DNA of 64,000 nucleotides from Escherichia phage BEU50: sequence record OM632671.1; one strand, 5' to 3'. Shown piece by piece: positions 28,074 to 38,730 of this stretch (position 1 is its first letter; each line of letters starts with the position of its first letter). The notes under the pieces were generated by a model. It saw only the letters and a program-made list of their open reading frames with translations, ran no database searches and was not told where the DNA came from. The position numbers and the translations under genes were made by a program.

Positions 28074-28883
28074 TTGAACTATAGAAAAATTTGGATAGAT
28101 GCTAACGGACCTATACCTAAAGATTCTGATGGAAGAACATACGAAATCCATCATAAAGACGGTAACCGTGAAAATAATGATTTAGATAATTTGATGTGCC
28201 TTTCTATACAGGAACATTATGATATACATTTAGCTCAAAAAGATTACCAGGCTTGTCATGCTATAAAGCTTAGAATGAAATATTCTCCTGAAGAAATTTC
28301 TGAATTAGCTTCTAAAGCCGCAAAATCTAGAGAAATCCAGATTTTTAATATCCCTGAAGTACGAGCTAAAAATATTGCCTCTATTAAATCTAAGATAGAA
28401 AATGGTACATTTCATCTTTTAGATGGTGAAATACAGCGTAAATCTAATTTAAATAGAGTTGCATTAGGTATACATAATTTTCAACAAGCTGAGCATATTG
28501 CAAAAGTTAAAGAACGCAATATTGCAGCTATAAAAGAAGGTACTCATGTATTTTGCGGTGGTAAAATGCAGTCAGAAACTCAATCAAAACGGGTAAATGA
28601 CGGTTCACATCATTTCTTATCAGAAGACCATAAGAAAAGAACATCAGCAAAAACATTAGAAATGGTTAAGAACGGGACCCATCCTGCACAAAAAGAAATC
28701 ACATGTGATTTTTGTGGTCACATTGGTAAAGGTCCTGGATTTTATCTAAAACATAATGACAGATGTAAATTAAATCCAAATAGAATTCAATTGAATTGTC
28801 CATATTGTGATAAGAAAGATTTATCACCATCAACATATAAACGATGGCACGGCGACAATTGCAAAACAAGGTTCAACGACTAG
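28074..28883 (+). CDS. intron-encoded HNH homing endonuclease (I-TevIII-like), full length
   Basis: 269 aa; apparent TTG start 8 nt after AAGAGGA; EIHHKDGNRENNDLDNL HNH motif; C-terminal zinc finger. Confidence 0.8.
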   Translation: MNYRKIWIDANGPIPKDSDGRTYEIHHKDGNRENNDLDNLMCLSIQEHYDIHLAQKDYQACHAIKLRMKYSPEEISELASKAAKSREIQIFNIPEVRAKNIASIKSKIENGTFHLLDGEIQRKSNLNRVALGIHNFQQAEHIAKVKERNIAAIKEGTHVFCGGKMQSETQSKRVNDGSHHFLSEDHKKRTSAKTLEMVKNGTHPAQKEITCDFCGHIGKGPGFYLKHNDRCKLNPNRIQLNCPYCDKKDLSPSTYKRWHGDNCKTRFND

Positions 28884-28984
28884 TCTTCGGACGTAGGGTC
28901 AAGCGACTCGAAATGGGGAGAATCCCTCCGGGATTGTGATATAGTCTGGACTGCATGGTAACATGCAGCAGTTCATAAGAGAAC

Positions 28985-29521
28985 GGGTTGAGAATTAGCG
29001 AGCTCAATCGAACATACGGTACCTTTAACTTCCATAAAAATATGGAAATTATGGAAGGTAATGCAAAGATTATGAAGTTCATTGCTCGTGACGAACAACT
29101 CCACCTCAAGGGTACTCAGTACATTATCCGTCAACTTCAATCTGGTACTGATGGTGATGAGTGGGTTCAAATTGCTAAAGAATGTGAACAAGAAGCAGTT
29201 GACATTTTTATGGAAGTAAATAGTCAAGAGAAGGAATGGGCTGCACACCTCTTTAAAGACGGTACATGTCCAGGTATCAATACGCAGAGTATGTGTGCTT
29301 TTGTTGATTACTTGACTGTGTCTCGTATGAAACAGTGTGGTTTGCCATGCCCAATCACTGATGCTCCGACCAAGCATCCGTATCCTTGGATTCGTGAATA
29401 TCTGAACTCTGATTTAGTTCAAGCCGCTCCTCAGGAAGTTGAAATCAGTTCTTATCTTGTCGCACAAATTGATAATGATGTAGACCAAAATGTAATCAAT
29501 TCATACAAAAAATATTTCTAA
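28985..29521 (+). CDS. nrdB: ribonucleotide reductase small subunit, exon 2 (5-prime boundary approximate)
   Basis: …MEGNAKIMKFIARDEQLHL… to C-terminus, same frame phase as exon 1. Confidence 0.75.
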   Translation, partial: GLRISELNRTYGTFNFHKNMEIMEGNAKIMKFIARDEQLHLKGTQYIIRQLQSGTDGDEWVQIAKECEQEAVDIFMEVNSQEKEWAAHLFKDGTCPGINTQSMCAFVDYLTVSRMKQCGLPCPITDAPTKHPYPWIREYLNSDLVQAAPQEVEISSYLVAQIDNDVDQNVINSYKKYF

Positions 29522-29546
29522 GGACGGGACTTCGGTCCCACTTTAT
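29522..29546 (+). terminator. hairpin GGGAC-TTCG-GTCCC plus T-rich tail
   Basis: between nrdB and denA. Confidence 0.5.
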
Positions 29547-29547
29547 T

Positions 29548-29958
29548 ATGAAAGATATTGCCGCCGAATATTCCTTTATTAAATATACAGAATTGGAGCT
29601 ATTAGAAGATGCAACAATTAAAACAGTTGATGTCCCTAATAAGAAAAATGTCATATACGCTATTGCTATAGATGACGAACTTGTGTATATTGGTAAAACC
29701 AAGAATTTAAAGAAACGCATTAACTATTATCGAACAGCCATAAATCGAAAAGACCAGACTTCAGATTCAAGAAAATCACTTATGATTTTGGATGCCTTAA
29801 TGCAAGGCAAAAAGGTTGAATTCTGGGCCCGCCAATGTTTTGACCTTTCAGTCACCAACGAACTTGGTTCAATGACCATCGCAACAATGGACCTTGAAGA
29901 ACCACTTTTTATCAAAAAGTTCAACCCGCCTTGGAATATCCAACATAAGAAAAAGTAG
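29548..29958 (+). CDS. denA: endonuclease II (GIY-YIG family)
   Basis: 136 aa; VIYAIA…YIGKTKNLKKRINYY. Confidence 0.75.
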   Translation: MKDIAAEYSFIKYTELELLEDATIKTVDVPNKKNVIYAIAIDDELVYIGKTKNLKKRINYYRTAINRKDQTSDSRKSLMILDALMQGKKVEFWARQCFDLSVTNELGSMTIATMDLEEPLFIKKFNPPWNIQHKKK

Positions 29959-29987
29959 TTTACATACCACAAGGATTGTGGTACAAT
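29958..29987 (+). promoter_or_regulatory. T4-type early promoter
   Basis: GTTTAC, 18 nt, TACAAT; CCACAA/TTGTGG dyad in spacer. Confidence 0.55.
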
Positions 29988-30005
29988 TTAAAAAAAACTA
30001 ACTGA

Positions 30006-31139
<1,134 letters not shown>

Positions 31140-31141
31140 TG

Positions 31142-31171
31142 GTTTACAAACACCAAGGAAGGTGTTACTAT
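31142..31171 (+). promoter_or_regulatory. T4-type early promoter
   Basis: GTTTAC, 18 nt, TACTAT; followed by RBS GAGGAG. Confidence 0.55.
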
Positions 31172-31201
31172 GGCTTTTATCAACAACACGAGGAGAAAAT
31201 T

Positions 31202-31702
31202 ATGAATATGCAATTGATTACTAACGATATGGTCGTAACCGCTTTTGGAGACACAACTGACGGAATCCGGGTCTTTAAGAAAGGACGTCCAGTTGGTTAT
31301 CTTACTGACCTACGTGTTACACTGGCCAAAAATCTTAAAAAGAAAGTAAAACAAAAAGAGTATTCAACCCGATACGCTGAAGAGAAACGCGAAGCGATGC
31401 CAGAAGCAGTTAATGCTATGGTAGAATTTCTTCAAAACAATTTGACTAAATATGACGCTAATGTGTTCATTAATATTAGTCAACCAAACGTACATATCGC
31501 AGGTATCAAATTCTATATTATTTGCGACCCTCTTACCGACAAATTCAACCGTCTCGGAATCTCAAGCCCATATCATACAGCAGAAGAGTTGTGTGTATTG
31601 TTTGAATCATACAAAATCCAAACTGACGGGCCTAAAACAGTTCTTATCAATGGATTATCCCGAGACGAAATCATTGAGATTATTCAAACATGCTTAAAGT
31701 AA
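31202..31702 (+). CDS. alc: Alc-like protein (transcription termination on unmodified DNA)
   Basis: 166 aa from ATG 31202; position between rnlA and spanins. Confidence 0.6.
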   Translation: MNMQLITNDMVVTAFGDTTDGIRVFKKGRPVGYLTDLRVTLAKNLKKKVKQKEYSTRYAEEKREAMPEAVNAMVEFLQNNLTKYDANVFINISQPNVHIAGIKFYIICDPLTDKFNRLGISSPYHTAEELCVLFESYKIQTDGPKTVLINGLSRDEIIEIIQTCLK

Positions 31703-32046
31703 ATGCATCATATATTGTAGTGGCAGCTTTTGCAGTTGTTGCTACTGTAACAATAGCATTTCTGAACCATAAAGTCGATTCGCTGAATACTGAATTGGCT
31801 TCTGTTAAAGAGACTGCTAAAAACAATGCTAAAGTATTAGACGACTTCAAGATTCAATATCAGTCAATCGAAGAAATGACTTATAAGAACCGTGTTTTAG
31901 TTGACCAACTTAAGGCTGAAAATGAAAAGCTCCGTAAGGATTCGAAGAAGAAGAACGTGGTGGCAAGTAAGCCAGGATTGGTCGAAAAACAAATCAACAG
32001 GTCCTTCGATTCCTTTGCAGAAGACCTCAGGAAGCTCTCAGAATGA
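31690..32046 (+). CDS. i-spanin (inner membrane spanin subunit)
   Basis: 118 aa; N-terminal TMD then coiled coil; directly precedes a lipoprotein gene. Confidence 0.6.
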   Translation: MLKVNASYIVVAAFAVVATVTIAFLNHKVDSLNTELASVKETAKNNAKVLDDFKIQYQSIEEMTYKNRVLVDQLKAENEKLRKDSKKKNVVASKPGLVEKQINRSFDSFAEDLRKLSE

Positions 32047-32333
32047 TTAAATTAACCGCAGTTGTATTATCTATTGGTCTCCTAGTTGGATGTACTCAGG
32101 ATGTGCCAGTAAGCCCTAAAGAAACTTTACATCCTTCATGGCCTACGCCTATTTCCGAATACAACCAGAAATGGCAAGTAAAGGTTATTGATGGTAATCC
32201 GTGGGTTGGAATGCCATTTGAAGACTCTCAAGAATTTCGTATCTGGTTAAACGACGTAAAAAGATATATACATGACCAGAAGACTATGTTATGTTATTAT
32301 CGTAGTGGTTTAAAAGAGGAAAAATGCCAATGA
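32043..32333 (+). CDS. o-spanin (outer membrane lipoprotein spanin subunit)
   Basis: 96 aa; lipobox LLVGC; C-terminal Cys. Confidence 0.6.
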   Translation: MIKLTAVVLSIGLLVGCTQDVPVSPKETLHPSWPTPISEYNQKWQVKVIDGNPWVGMPFEDSQEFRIWLNDVKRYIHDQKTMLCYYRSGLKEEKCQ

Positions 32334-32548
32334 CTAAAGAACAGCATGAATACATTAAAGGGCTTATCTATGAATCTGAAATGGCGGCTATGATTTATGG
32401 ACGCCAGATTCAACGATTAGAATCTTTGCCTCCGACTAATGACCGCTTGTTAGTTCAGTCTCGTGCTAATCTGAAAAATGAATATCAGAATAAGTGGGCA
32501 GTAGCGACTAAAGCTCTTCATGAGTATATTGAATCTTTAGTAAAATAG
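32324..32548 (+). CDS. hypothetical small protein
   Basis: 74 aa ORF. Confidence 0.45.
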   Translation: MPMTKEQHEYIKGLIYESEMAAMIYGRQIQRLESLPPTNDRLLVQSRANLKNEYQNKWAVATKALHEYIESLVK

Positions 32549-32577
32549 TTTACAAACTCTCGGGAGCAGAGTATAAT
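32548..32577 (+). promoter_or_regulatory. T4-type early promoter
   Basis: GTTTAC, 18 nt, TATAAT; -10 sits in loop of GGAGCA/TGCTCC dyad. Confidence 0.65.
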
Positions 32578-32605
32578 GCTCCTATGGATAATTGAGGAAA
32601 TCTAA

Positions 32606-32904
32606 ATGAAAACATTACTAGAGAATTACATCAAACGGTCTGATGAGTATATTGATATCTGCCGTGGAATGACACTTGTAGATTATGACAAAGATGCTGC
32701 AAAGGCACTAGATGAAGCAGGTAAAGCTCTTCGTAAAGCGGCTAAAGAAAAAGGGTTGGATTTGCAACAACTCAAAAGTCATATGATTAAATTTATTTCT
32801 TCAAACGTTAGAAGTACATCAATTAATAAAAACGTTGCTGAAATTAATAAAGACCGGCGCGAGCATAACATTCGTATTCTTGAAACTTTCTTAGGAATAA
32901 AATA

Positions 32905-32905
<1 letters not shown>
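32606..32905 (+). CDS. hypothetical small protein
   Basis: 99 aa ORF with RBS GAGGA. Confidence 0.45.
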
Positions 32906-33991
<1,086 letters not shown>

Positions 33992-33992
<1 letters not shown>

Positions 33993-34183
33993 TGAAACGA
34001 TTATATGAAGTGATTGAGGCCATCGAACAACGTAAAGAATATTTGTTTGTAGCCTGGTCTTTAGTAAATGGACAGTTCGGTATTGATGTGCTGGACTATG
34101 AGCATGAAGAACGTTTGGACGGCGGTATATTTGATAGCGTCGACCAGGCAATTGAATGGTTAAATGAAAACTATGTACGATAA
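33992..34183 (+). CDS. hypothetical small protein
   Basis: 63 aa ORF. Confidence 0.4.
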
Positions 34184-34388
34184 ACATCATGAAATCGAAG
34201 ATGAAGCATACAAAATGCTTCGTAAACTAGTGGGTCTTAATATGAGTCCTACATTAATCAACAAACTCGCAGGAATTCGTAATGATCTGAATACTCGTTA
34301 CAAAGGTGAATATCATGTAGAGTTTGTTCCTGTAGGTGAACCAACCGAGCGATTTGTTGTTCGAGTTAAAGTAAATACTGTGCACTGA
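34164..34388 (+). CDS. hypothetical small protein
   Basis: 74 aa ORF. Confidence 0.4.
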   Translation: MKTMYDKHHEIEDEAYKMLRKLVGLNMSPTLINKLAGIRNDLNTRYKGEYHVEFVPVGEPTERFVVRVKVNTVH

Positions 34389-34395
34389 GGTAATT

Positions 34396-34671
34396 ATGTT
34401 CCCAACTTATTCTGAAATTGTAAAGGTAGTCTTCAGTCAGATTATTGCTAATAATATGTTTGAAGTGCTTGATAATGCAGCCGAACTCAGAGTTCATGCT
34501 CAAGTAACTCATGTACTCAATGCTTTGCTCCCAGACCAAGTAGATTCTATTGCTATTACTCTTCTCCCTGGGTCTGCACACGTCATCGTGGTATTTGATC
34601 TTGACGGCGATTTAGTTATCCAATGTGATATCAATTTCGGTACACAAAAAATTGAATGCAAAGCAATTTAA
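34396..34671 (+). CDS. hypothetical small protein
   Basis: 91 aa ORF. Confidence 0.45.
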   Translation: MFPTYSEIVKVVFSQIIANNMFEVLDNAAELRVHAQVTHVLNALLPDQVDSIAITLLPGSAHVIVVFDLDGDLVIQCDINFGTQKIECKAI

Positions 34672-34673
34672 TG

Positions 34674-34703
34674 GTTTACAACATGGTAGAGTTGTGATAC
34701 TAT
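34674..34703 (+). promoter_or_regulatory. T4-type early promoter with 9 bp dyad around -10
   Basis: GTTTAC, 18 nt, TACTAT; GGTAGAGTT … AACTCTACC. Confidence 0.6.
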
Positions 34704-34732
34704 AACTCTACCAACACAATGAGGAAAACAGA

Positions 34733-34969
34733 ATGCTAAGTGAAAACCCAATTACAGTACACGAATTTCAGATTAAAGTAAAAGAATTTGCTCAAGCACT
34801 CATCAATAAAGTGTCTGAACGTTTCCAGGATGCAACATTACGAGTTATTCAAGAATCTCCACGTTCTTTTCTCATAATCGTTAATCCTAAAGATGGTGAC
34901 CAGATTACTAGCCTTAAATTAGGCAGTGATGGTCTTGTTGAAGCAACTCGAGTATATGGAACACTATAA
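34733..34969 (+). CDS. hypothetical small protein
   Basis: 78 aa ORF with RBS GAGGAAAA. Confidence 0.45.
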   Translation: MLSENPITVHEFQIKVKEFAQALINKVSERFQDATLRVIQESPRSFLIIVNPKDGDQITSLKLGSDGLVEATRVYGTL

Positions 34970-35089
34970 TGAGAGCTATCTCATTACTATCGAGAATGGT
35001 CATAAATCTGAGCACTACCAACTTAGCCTGTCTAATCCGGTTAAAGGTATTGTTGAATCAGAATCTGTTTATATCTCCTAAGGATTGTT

Positions 35090-36082
35090 ATGTTACCTGT
35101 CGTCGGAAAACTTATTTCTCCAAAAGAACTGGCTGAGATTATTCCTTTGTCGGAAGCTTACGCATCACAAGTGGCTTCTCATCGCGAACAAGTTAATTCG
35201 ATTATGAACGGTGAAGACCCACGCAAACTTATTGTTGTAGGTCCTTGTTCAATTCATGACCCTATTGCTGCTGTTGAATACGGCAAACGTTTGGCTGAAC
35301 TTCAAACTCGTCTTCCTAATGTTCTGTTAGTGATGCGCGTTTATTTTGAAAAGCCTCGAACTACCGTAGGTTGGAAAGGTCTTGTAAATGATCCATATCT
35401 TGACGGAAGTTTTGATATGAACCACGGTCTTATAGTTGCACGAACATTGTGTCGTAAACTTCTACGTATGGGACTTCCATTAGCAACTGAAGTATTAGAC
35501 CCATTCACGATTAAGTATCTTTCTGGTATTTTCTCATGGGTTGCTATTGGCGCCCGTACGACTGAAAGTCAGACACATCGTGAAATTGCTTCAGGTCTAC
35601 CGATGTGCGTAGGCTTCAAGAACGCAACCAATGGTTCTATTAAAGTAGCTACAGACGCGATGTATAGTGCCGCCTGGCCTCATCGGTATATGGGTATGGA
35701 CGTCGATGGTACTGTAGGCATTGTTGAAGCTGAAGGTAATCAGAATACGCATATCGTATTGCGTGGCGGGACCAACGGCCCGAACTATCATTCTTCTGAT
35801 ATTCAAGAAGCTTCTAACAAAGCAAGTGCAGTAGGTCTGAATCATTATGTAATGGTTGACTGTAGCCATGCAAACGCTGCTGGGCATTATAGCAATCAAA
35901 TTGGTATTGGTAAAAATTTAGCAGCTAATGATTTGGTCAAAGGAATTATGATAGAATCATTCCTACATGAAGGAAATCAAAAAATTTCTGATAATATGTC
36001 CTATGGCGTTTCCATTACCGATGCGTGCATCAGTTGGGAACAAACTAAAGAGCTGTTAACTTATATTAATAAGGTTCAATAA
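35090..36082 (+). CDS. 3-deoxy-D-arabino-heptulosonate 7-phosphate (DAHP) synthase, class I (AroG-like)
   Basis: 330 aa; KLIVVGPCSIHD, KPRTTVGWKGL, GARTTESQ, HANA motifs alignable along whole length to E. coli AroG; stop overlaps cd start. Confidence 0.85.
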   Translation: MLPVVGKLISPKELAEIIPLSEAYASQVASHREQVNSIMNGEDPRKLIVVGPCSIHDPIAAVEYGKRLAELQTRLPNVLLVMRVYFEKPRTTVGWKGLVNDPYLDGSFDMNHGLIVARTLCRKLLRMGLPLATEVLDPFTIKYLSGIFSWVAIGARTTESQTHREIASGLPMCVGFKNATNGSIKVATDAMYSAAWPHRYMGMDVDGTVGIVEAEGNQNTHIVLRGGTNGPNYHSSDIQEASNKASAVGLNHYVMVDCSHANAAGHYSNQIGIGKNLAANDLVKGIMIESFLHEGNQKISDNMSYGVSITDACISWEQTKELLTYINKVQ

Positions 36083-36663
36083 TGAAAGCTAGCACATATC
36101 TTCAGATTGCTTATCTGATTTCTCAAGAATCAAAATGTTGTTCATGGAAAGTTGGCGCCGTCATTGAAAAAGATGGGCGCATTATTTCTACTGGGTATAA
36201 CGGTAGCCCGGCCGGTGGTGTTAACTGTTGTGAACATGCATCCGAAAACGGTTGGTTGAAGAATAAACCAAGCCCGGTCATCGTTGCTGGGCATAAAGAA
36301 GGCACTACAGCATTTGGACGGGTGGATAATTTTGTTTTGGCTAAAGAACATCGGGCCGCTCATAGTGCATGGTCTGCTAATAACGAAATCCATGCGGAAT
36401 TGAATGCAATTTTGTTTGCAGCTCGTAAAGGTAATTCTATTGAAGGTGCTACGTTGTATACGACACTTTCTCCATGTCCTGATTGCACTAAAGCTATTAC
36501 GCAGTCAGGTATTAAAAAGGTTGTATACGCTGAGTTATATGACAGATCTCCTGAAAATTGGGCAGACATTCTAAAACAAGCCGGTATTGAAGTAATTCAG
36601 TACTCTCGTAATAATCTTCGTTCTCTGAATTGGGAACAAATTCGAAACTTTTGTGGTGAATAA
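36082..36663 (+). CDS. cd: dCMP deaminase
   Basis: 193 aa; HAELNAI … PCPDC zinc motifs. Confidence 0.85.
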   Translation: MKASTYLQIAYLISQESKCCSWKVGAVIEKDGRIISTGYNGSPAGGVNCCEHASENGWLKNKPSPVIVAGHKEGTTAFGRVDNFVLAKEHRAAHSAWSANNEIHAELNAILFAARKGNSIEGATLYTTLSPCPDCTKAITQSGIKKVVYAELYDRSPENWADILKQAGIEVIQYSRNNLRSLNWEQIRNFCGE

Positions 36664-36664
36664 T

Positions 36665-36961
36665 ATGATTTTAACTGAACAAGAAACTATGGTTCTTCGT
36701 GAACGTATTAAAACTATTCTGTCTGTAGGCGTTCATTGTGTTGTGTTTGAAAAGGCTAACGGTGATGTTCGTACGATGTTTGCTTCTCGTGATGAACTTG
36801 AAGTCAAATATGAAAATAGTAACCCATCAACAGAAGTTCGTTCTGAACCTCGTGAATCAGTTCGAGCATTCGATACCGAGTTAGGTCAGTGGCGTTCTTT
36901 CCGCCTTGATAAAGTAATTTCGGTTGATGGTACTCCGGTAGAACGTTTGCTTCTTATGTAA
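36665..36961 (+). CDS. hypothetical small protein
   Basis: 98 aa from ATG 36665. Confidence 0.45.
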   Translation: MILTEQETMVLRERIKTILSVGVHCVVFEKANGDVRTMFASRDELEVKYENSNPSTEVRSEPRESVRAFDTELGQWRSFRLDKVISVDGTPVERLLLM

Positions 36962-36963
36962 TA

Positions 36964-36989
36964 TGCTTTACGAATAGTATGGTATTATT
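36964..36989 (+). promoter_or_regulatory. middle promoter (MotA box TGCTTTA plus TATTAT)
   Basis: MotA-box-like motif 13 nt upstream of -10, before gene 31. Confidence 0.55.
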
Positions 36990-37018
36990 AATCTATCGTT
37001 AAACAACAAGGAAATAAG

Positions 37019-37351
37019 ATGTCTGAAGTACAACTCCCAATTCGTGCCGTTGGTGAATATGTCATTCTGGTTTCTGAACCCGCTCAAGCAGGTGATGAAG
37101 AAGTTACCGAATCAGGACTTGTGATTGGTAAACGTGTTCAAGGTGAAGTTCCTGAACTATGTGTAGTTCATTCTGTAGGTCCTGATGTTCCTAAAGGTTT
37201 TGTTGAAGTCGGTGATTTGACTCCACTACCAGTTGGACAAATTCGAAATGTTCCACATCCATTTGTGGCTTTGGGACTTAAACAACCTAAAGAAATTAAA
37301 CAGAAATTCGTAACATGCCACTATAAAGCTATTCCGTGTCTTTATAAGTGA
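37019..37351 (+). CDS. 31: co-chaperonin gp31 (GroES-like)
   Basis: 110 aa; sequence matches gp31 as recalled. Confidence 0.85.
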   Translation: MSEVQLPIRAVGEYVILVSEPAQAGDEEVTESGLVIGKRVQGEVPELCVVHSVGPDVPKGFVEVGDLTPLPVGQIRNVPHPFVALGLKQPKEIKQKFVTCHYKAIPCLYK

Positions 37352-37359
37352 TATAAATA
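37352..37359 (+). promoter_or_regulatory. possible late promoter TATAAATA
   Basis: exact TATAAATA but 117 nt upstream of rIII ATG. Confidence 0.35.
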
Positions 37360-37475
37360 ACTATATGAAGAGAACACTCTTCTAAGCGGTAGCCTACAAC
37401 TGAGAGACTTGTCGAAAGAAGGTGAAATTCAGACGAACGTGGCTACTAAATATTATCTCGAATTGAGAATTTAAA

Positions 37476-37724
37476 ATGATTAAACAATTACAACACGCTC
37501 TTGAACTGCAACGAAACGCATGGAATAACGGTCACGAAAACTACGGCGCGTCGATTGATGTTGAAGCCGAAGCACTGGAAATCCTGCGTTATTTCAAACA
37601 TCTGAACCCGGTACAGGCAGCTTTGGCCTCTGAACTGGAAGCAAAAGATGAACTGAAATATGCTAAGCCTTTGGCTTCTGCGGCTCGTAAAGCAGTACGT
37701 CATTTTGTTATTACCCTTAAATAA
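37476..37724 (+). CDS. rIII: RIII lysis inhibition accessory protein
   Basis: 82 aa; MIKQLQHALELQRNAWNNGHENYG…. Confidence 0.8.
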   Translation: MIKQLQHALELQRNAWNNGHENYGASIDVEAEALEILRYFKHLNPVQAALASELEAKDELKYAKPLASAARKAVRHFVITLK

Positions 37725-38018
37725 GTTTTAGGTGATTCGCTACCTTAGTGCGGCTAGAAAATCGAGGAGCCGTCGAACTGTCTGATTAATGATTTGCGAA
37801 TCATTATAGTTTTAAGACCCCGGCAGTTTTACGGTGTACCTCTTGAATGTATTTTGTACTATCACGCGTCAGAAAAAGGTTATCTGTCTAAGTCGTGGTT
37901 GGTATGATGACGGGTTTATGGTTATCCTGTCGTTAAATATCCAAAACCTATGTTCCCTTCGAGGGCTTGCGCAGGCAATGTCAATAAGTCCTGCATTTTC
38001 ATTTAAAGAGAATTTATA

Positions 38019-38198
38019 ATGGCAAAACAAGCTAAAGCAAAGAAAGCAGTTGAAAAGAAAGTTGATGGTACCTCTAAACGCGCTGGATACAAGCGTGGGT
38101 CGAACTCTCGTATTAATCAAACAGTTGAGAAGATCATGCGCAGAGCACGTGCAGTTCTTCGAGATGATGCTTCTCGTTTTGGAAAGGTTATTGCATAA
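38019..38198 (+). CDS. hypothetical small basic protein
   Basis: 59 aa, Lys/Arg-rich, E. coli-like codons; followed by strong terminator. Confidence 0.4.
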   Translation: MAKQAKAKKAVEKKVDGTSKRAGYKRGSNSRINQTVEKIMRRARAVLRDDASRFGKVIA

Positions 38199-38203
38199 TT
38201 TTA

Positions 38204-38226
38204 GGGAGACTTCGGTCTCCCTTTTG
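38204..38226 (+). terminator. rho-independent terminator GGGAGAC-TTCG-GTCTCCC plus T-run
   Basis: 7 bp perfect stem, UUCG loop, TTTTG. Confidence 0.75.
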
Positions 38227-38257
38227 TGCGTTTAGGGCAGAAAAAGTTTAAAAAGAT

Positions 38258-38286
38258 GTTTACTCTCCTGTAGGATGTGTTACTAT
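38258..38286 (+). promoter_or_regulatory. T4-type early promoter
   Basis: GTTTAC, 17 nt, TACTAT. Confidence 0.55.
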
Positions 38287-38328
38287 AGACTTGTACCATC
38301 TAATCAATAAAACAACCTGGAGAACAAA

Positions 38329-38697
38329 ATGAAAATCAATCTGAACTCATACATCAAATGTAAAGACCACGATGGTTATAAAGCTATCGAAATTAAAGAA
38401 TTCCAGTGGATGTTATACAAAGAGCAATTTGAGTTCGTAGGTTGTATGACCCCTGAAGGTCCTTCTGATGATTTCTCTTGGAAAATTGTGTTAGCAAACT
38501 TTTTCACAGGTGACACATACGAATTAAAAACTATTATTACCGGTAAAATTCGTTCAGAAACATATGTTGACGAAGAAACTGGTTACTCTGAAGATGTTAC
38601 ATGGTATCAAAATGGACGCATTACAGCAGATAACCTGATAGAAAAAATGAAAGCCAAAGGTGTTTTAAATTTAGACAATTGGATTAAAGTTGCATAA
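38329..38697 (+). CDS. hypothetical protein (30.x cluster)
   Basis: 122 aa, RBS CTGGAGAA. Confidence 0.5.
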   Translation: MKINLNSYIKCKDHDGYKAIEIKEFQWMLYKEQFEFVGCMTPEGPSDDFSWKIVLANFFTGDTYELKTIITGKIRSETYVDEETGYSEDVTWYQNGRITADNLIEKMKAKGVLNLDNWIKVA

Positions 38698-38701
38698 AAC
38701 A

Positions 38702-38730
38702 GTTTACTTTGGTACAGGTTATGTTATTAT
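38702..38730 (+). promoter_or_regulatory. T4-type early promoter with 8 bp dyad around -10
   Basis: GTTTAC, 17 nt, TATTAT; GGTACAGG … CCTGTACC. Confidence 0.6.

Larger units (their letters stand above)
27916..28984 (+). mobile_element. group I intron in nrdB (boundaries within about 30 nt)
   Basis: interrupts NrdB between conserved NALEA and EIMEGNAK regions; encodes an HNH ORF. Confidence 0.7.

Noticed and set aside
34969-35081. Possible +1 frameshifted extension of the 78 aa ORF (open frame ESYLITIENGHKSEHYQLSLSNPVKGIVESESVYIS)
   Set aside because: Only 37 codons, no slippery motif recognised, and chance openness in this sequence is not negligible; no supporting homology available by eye.
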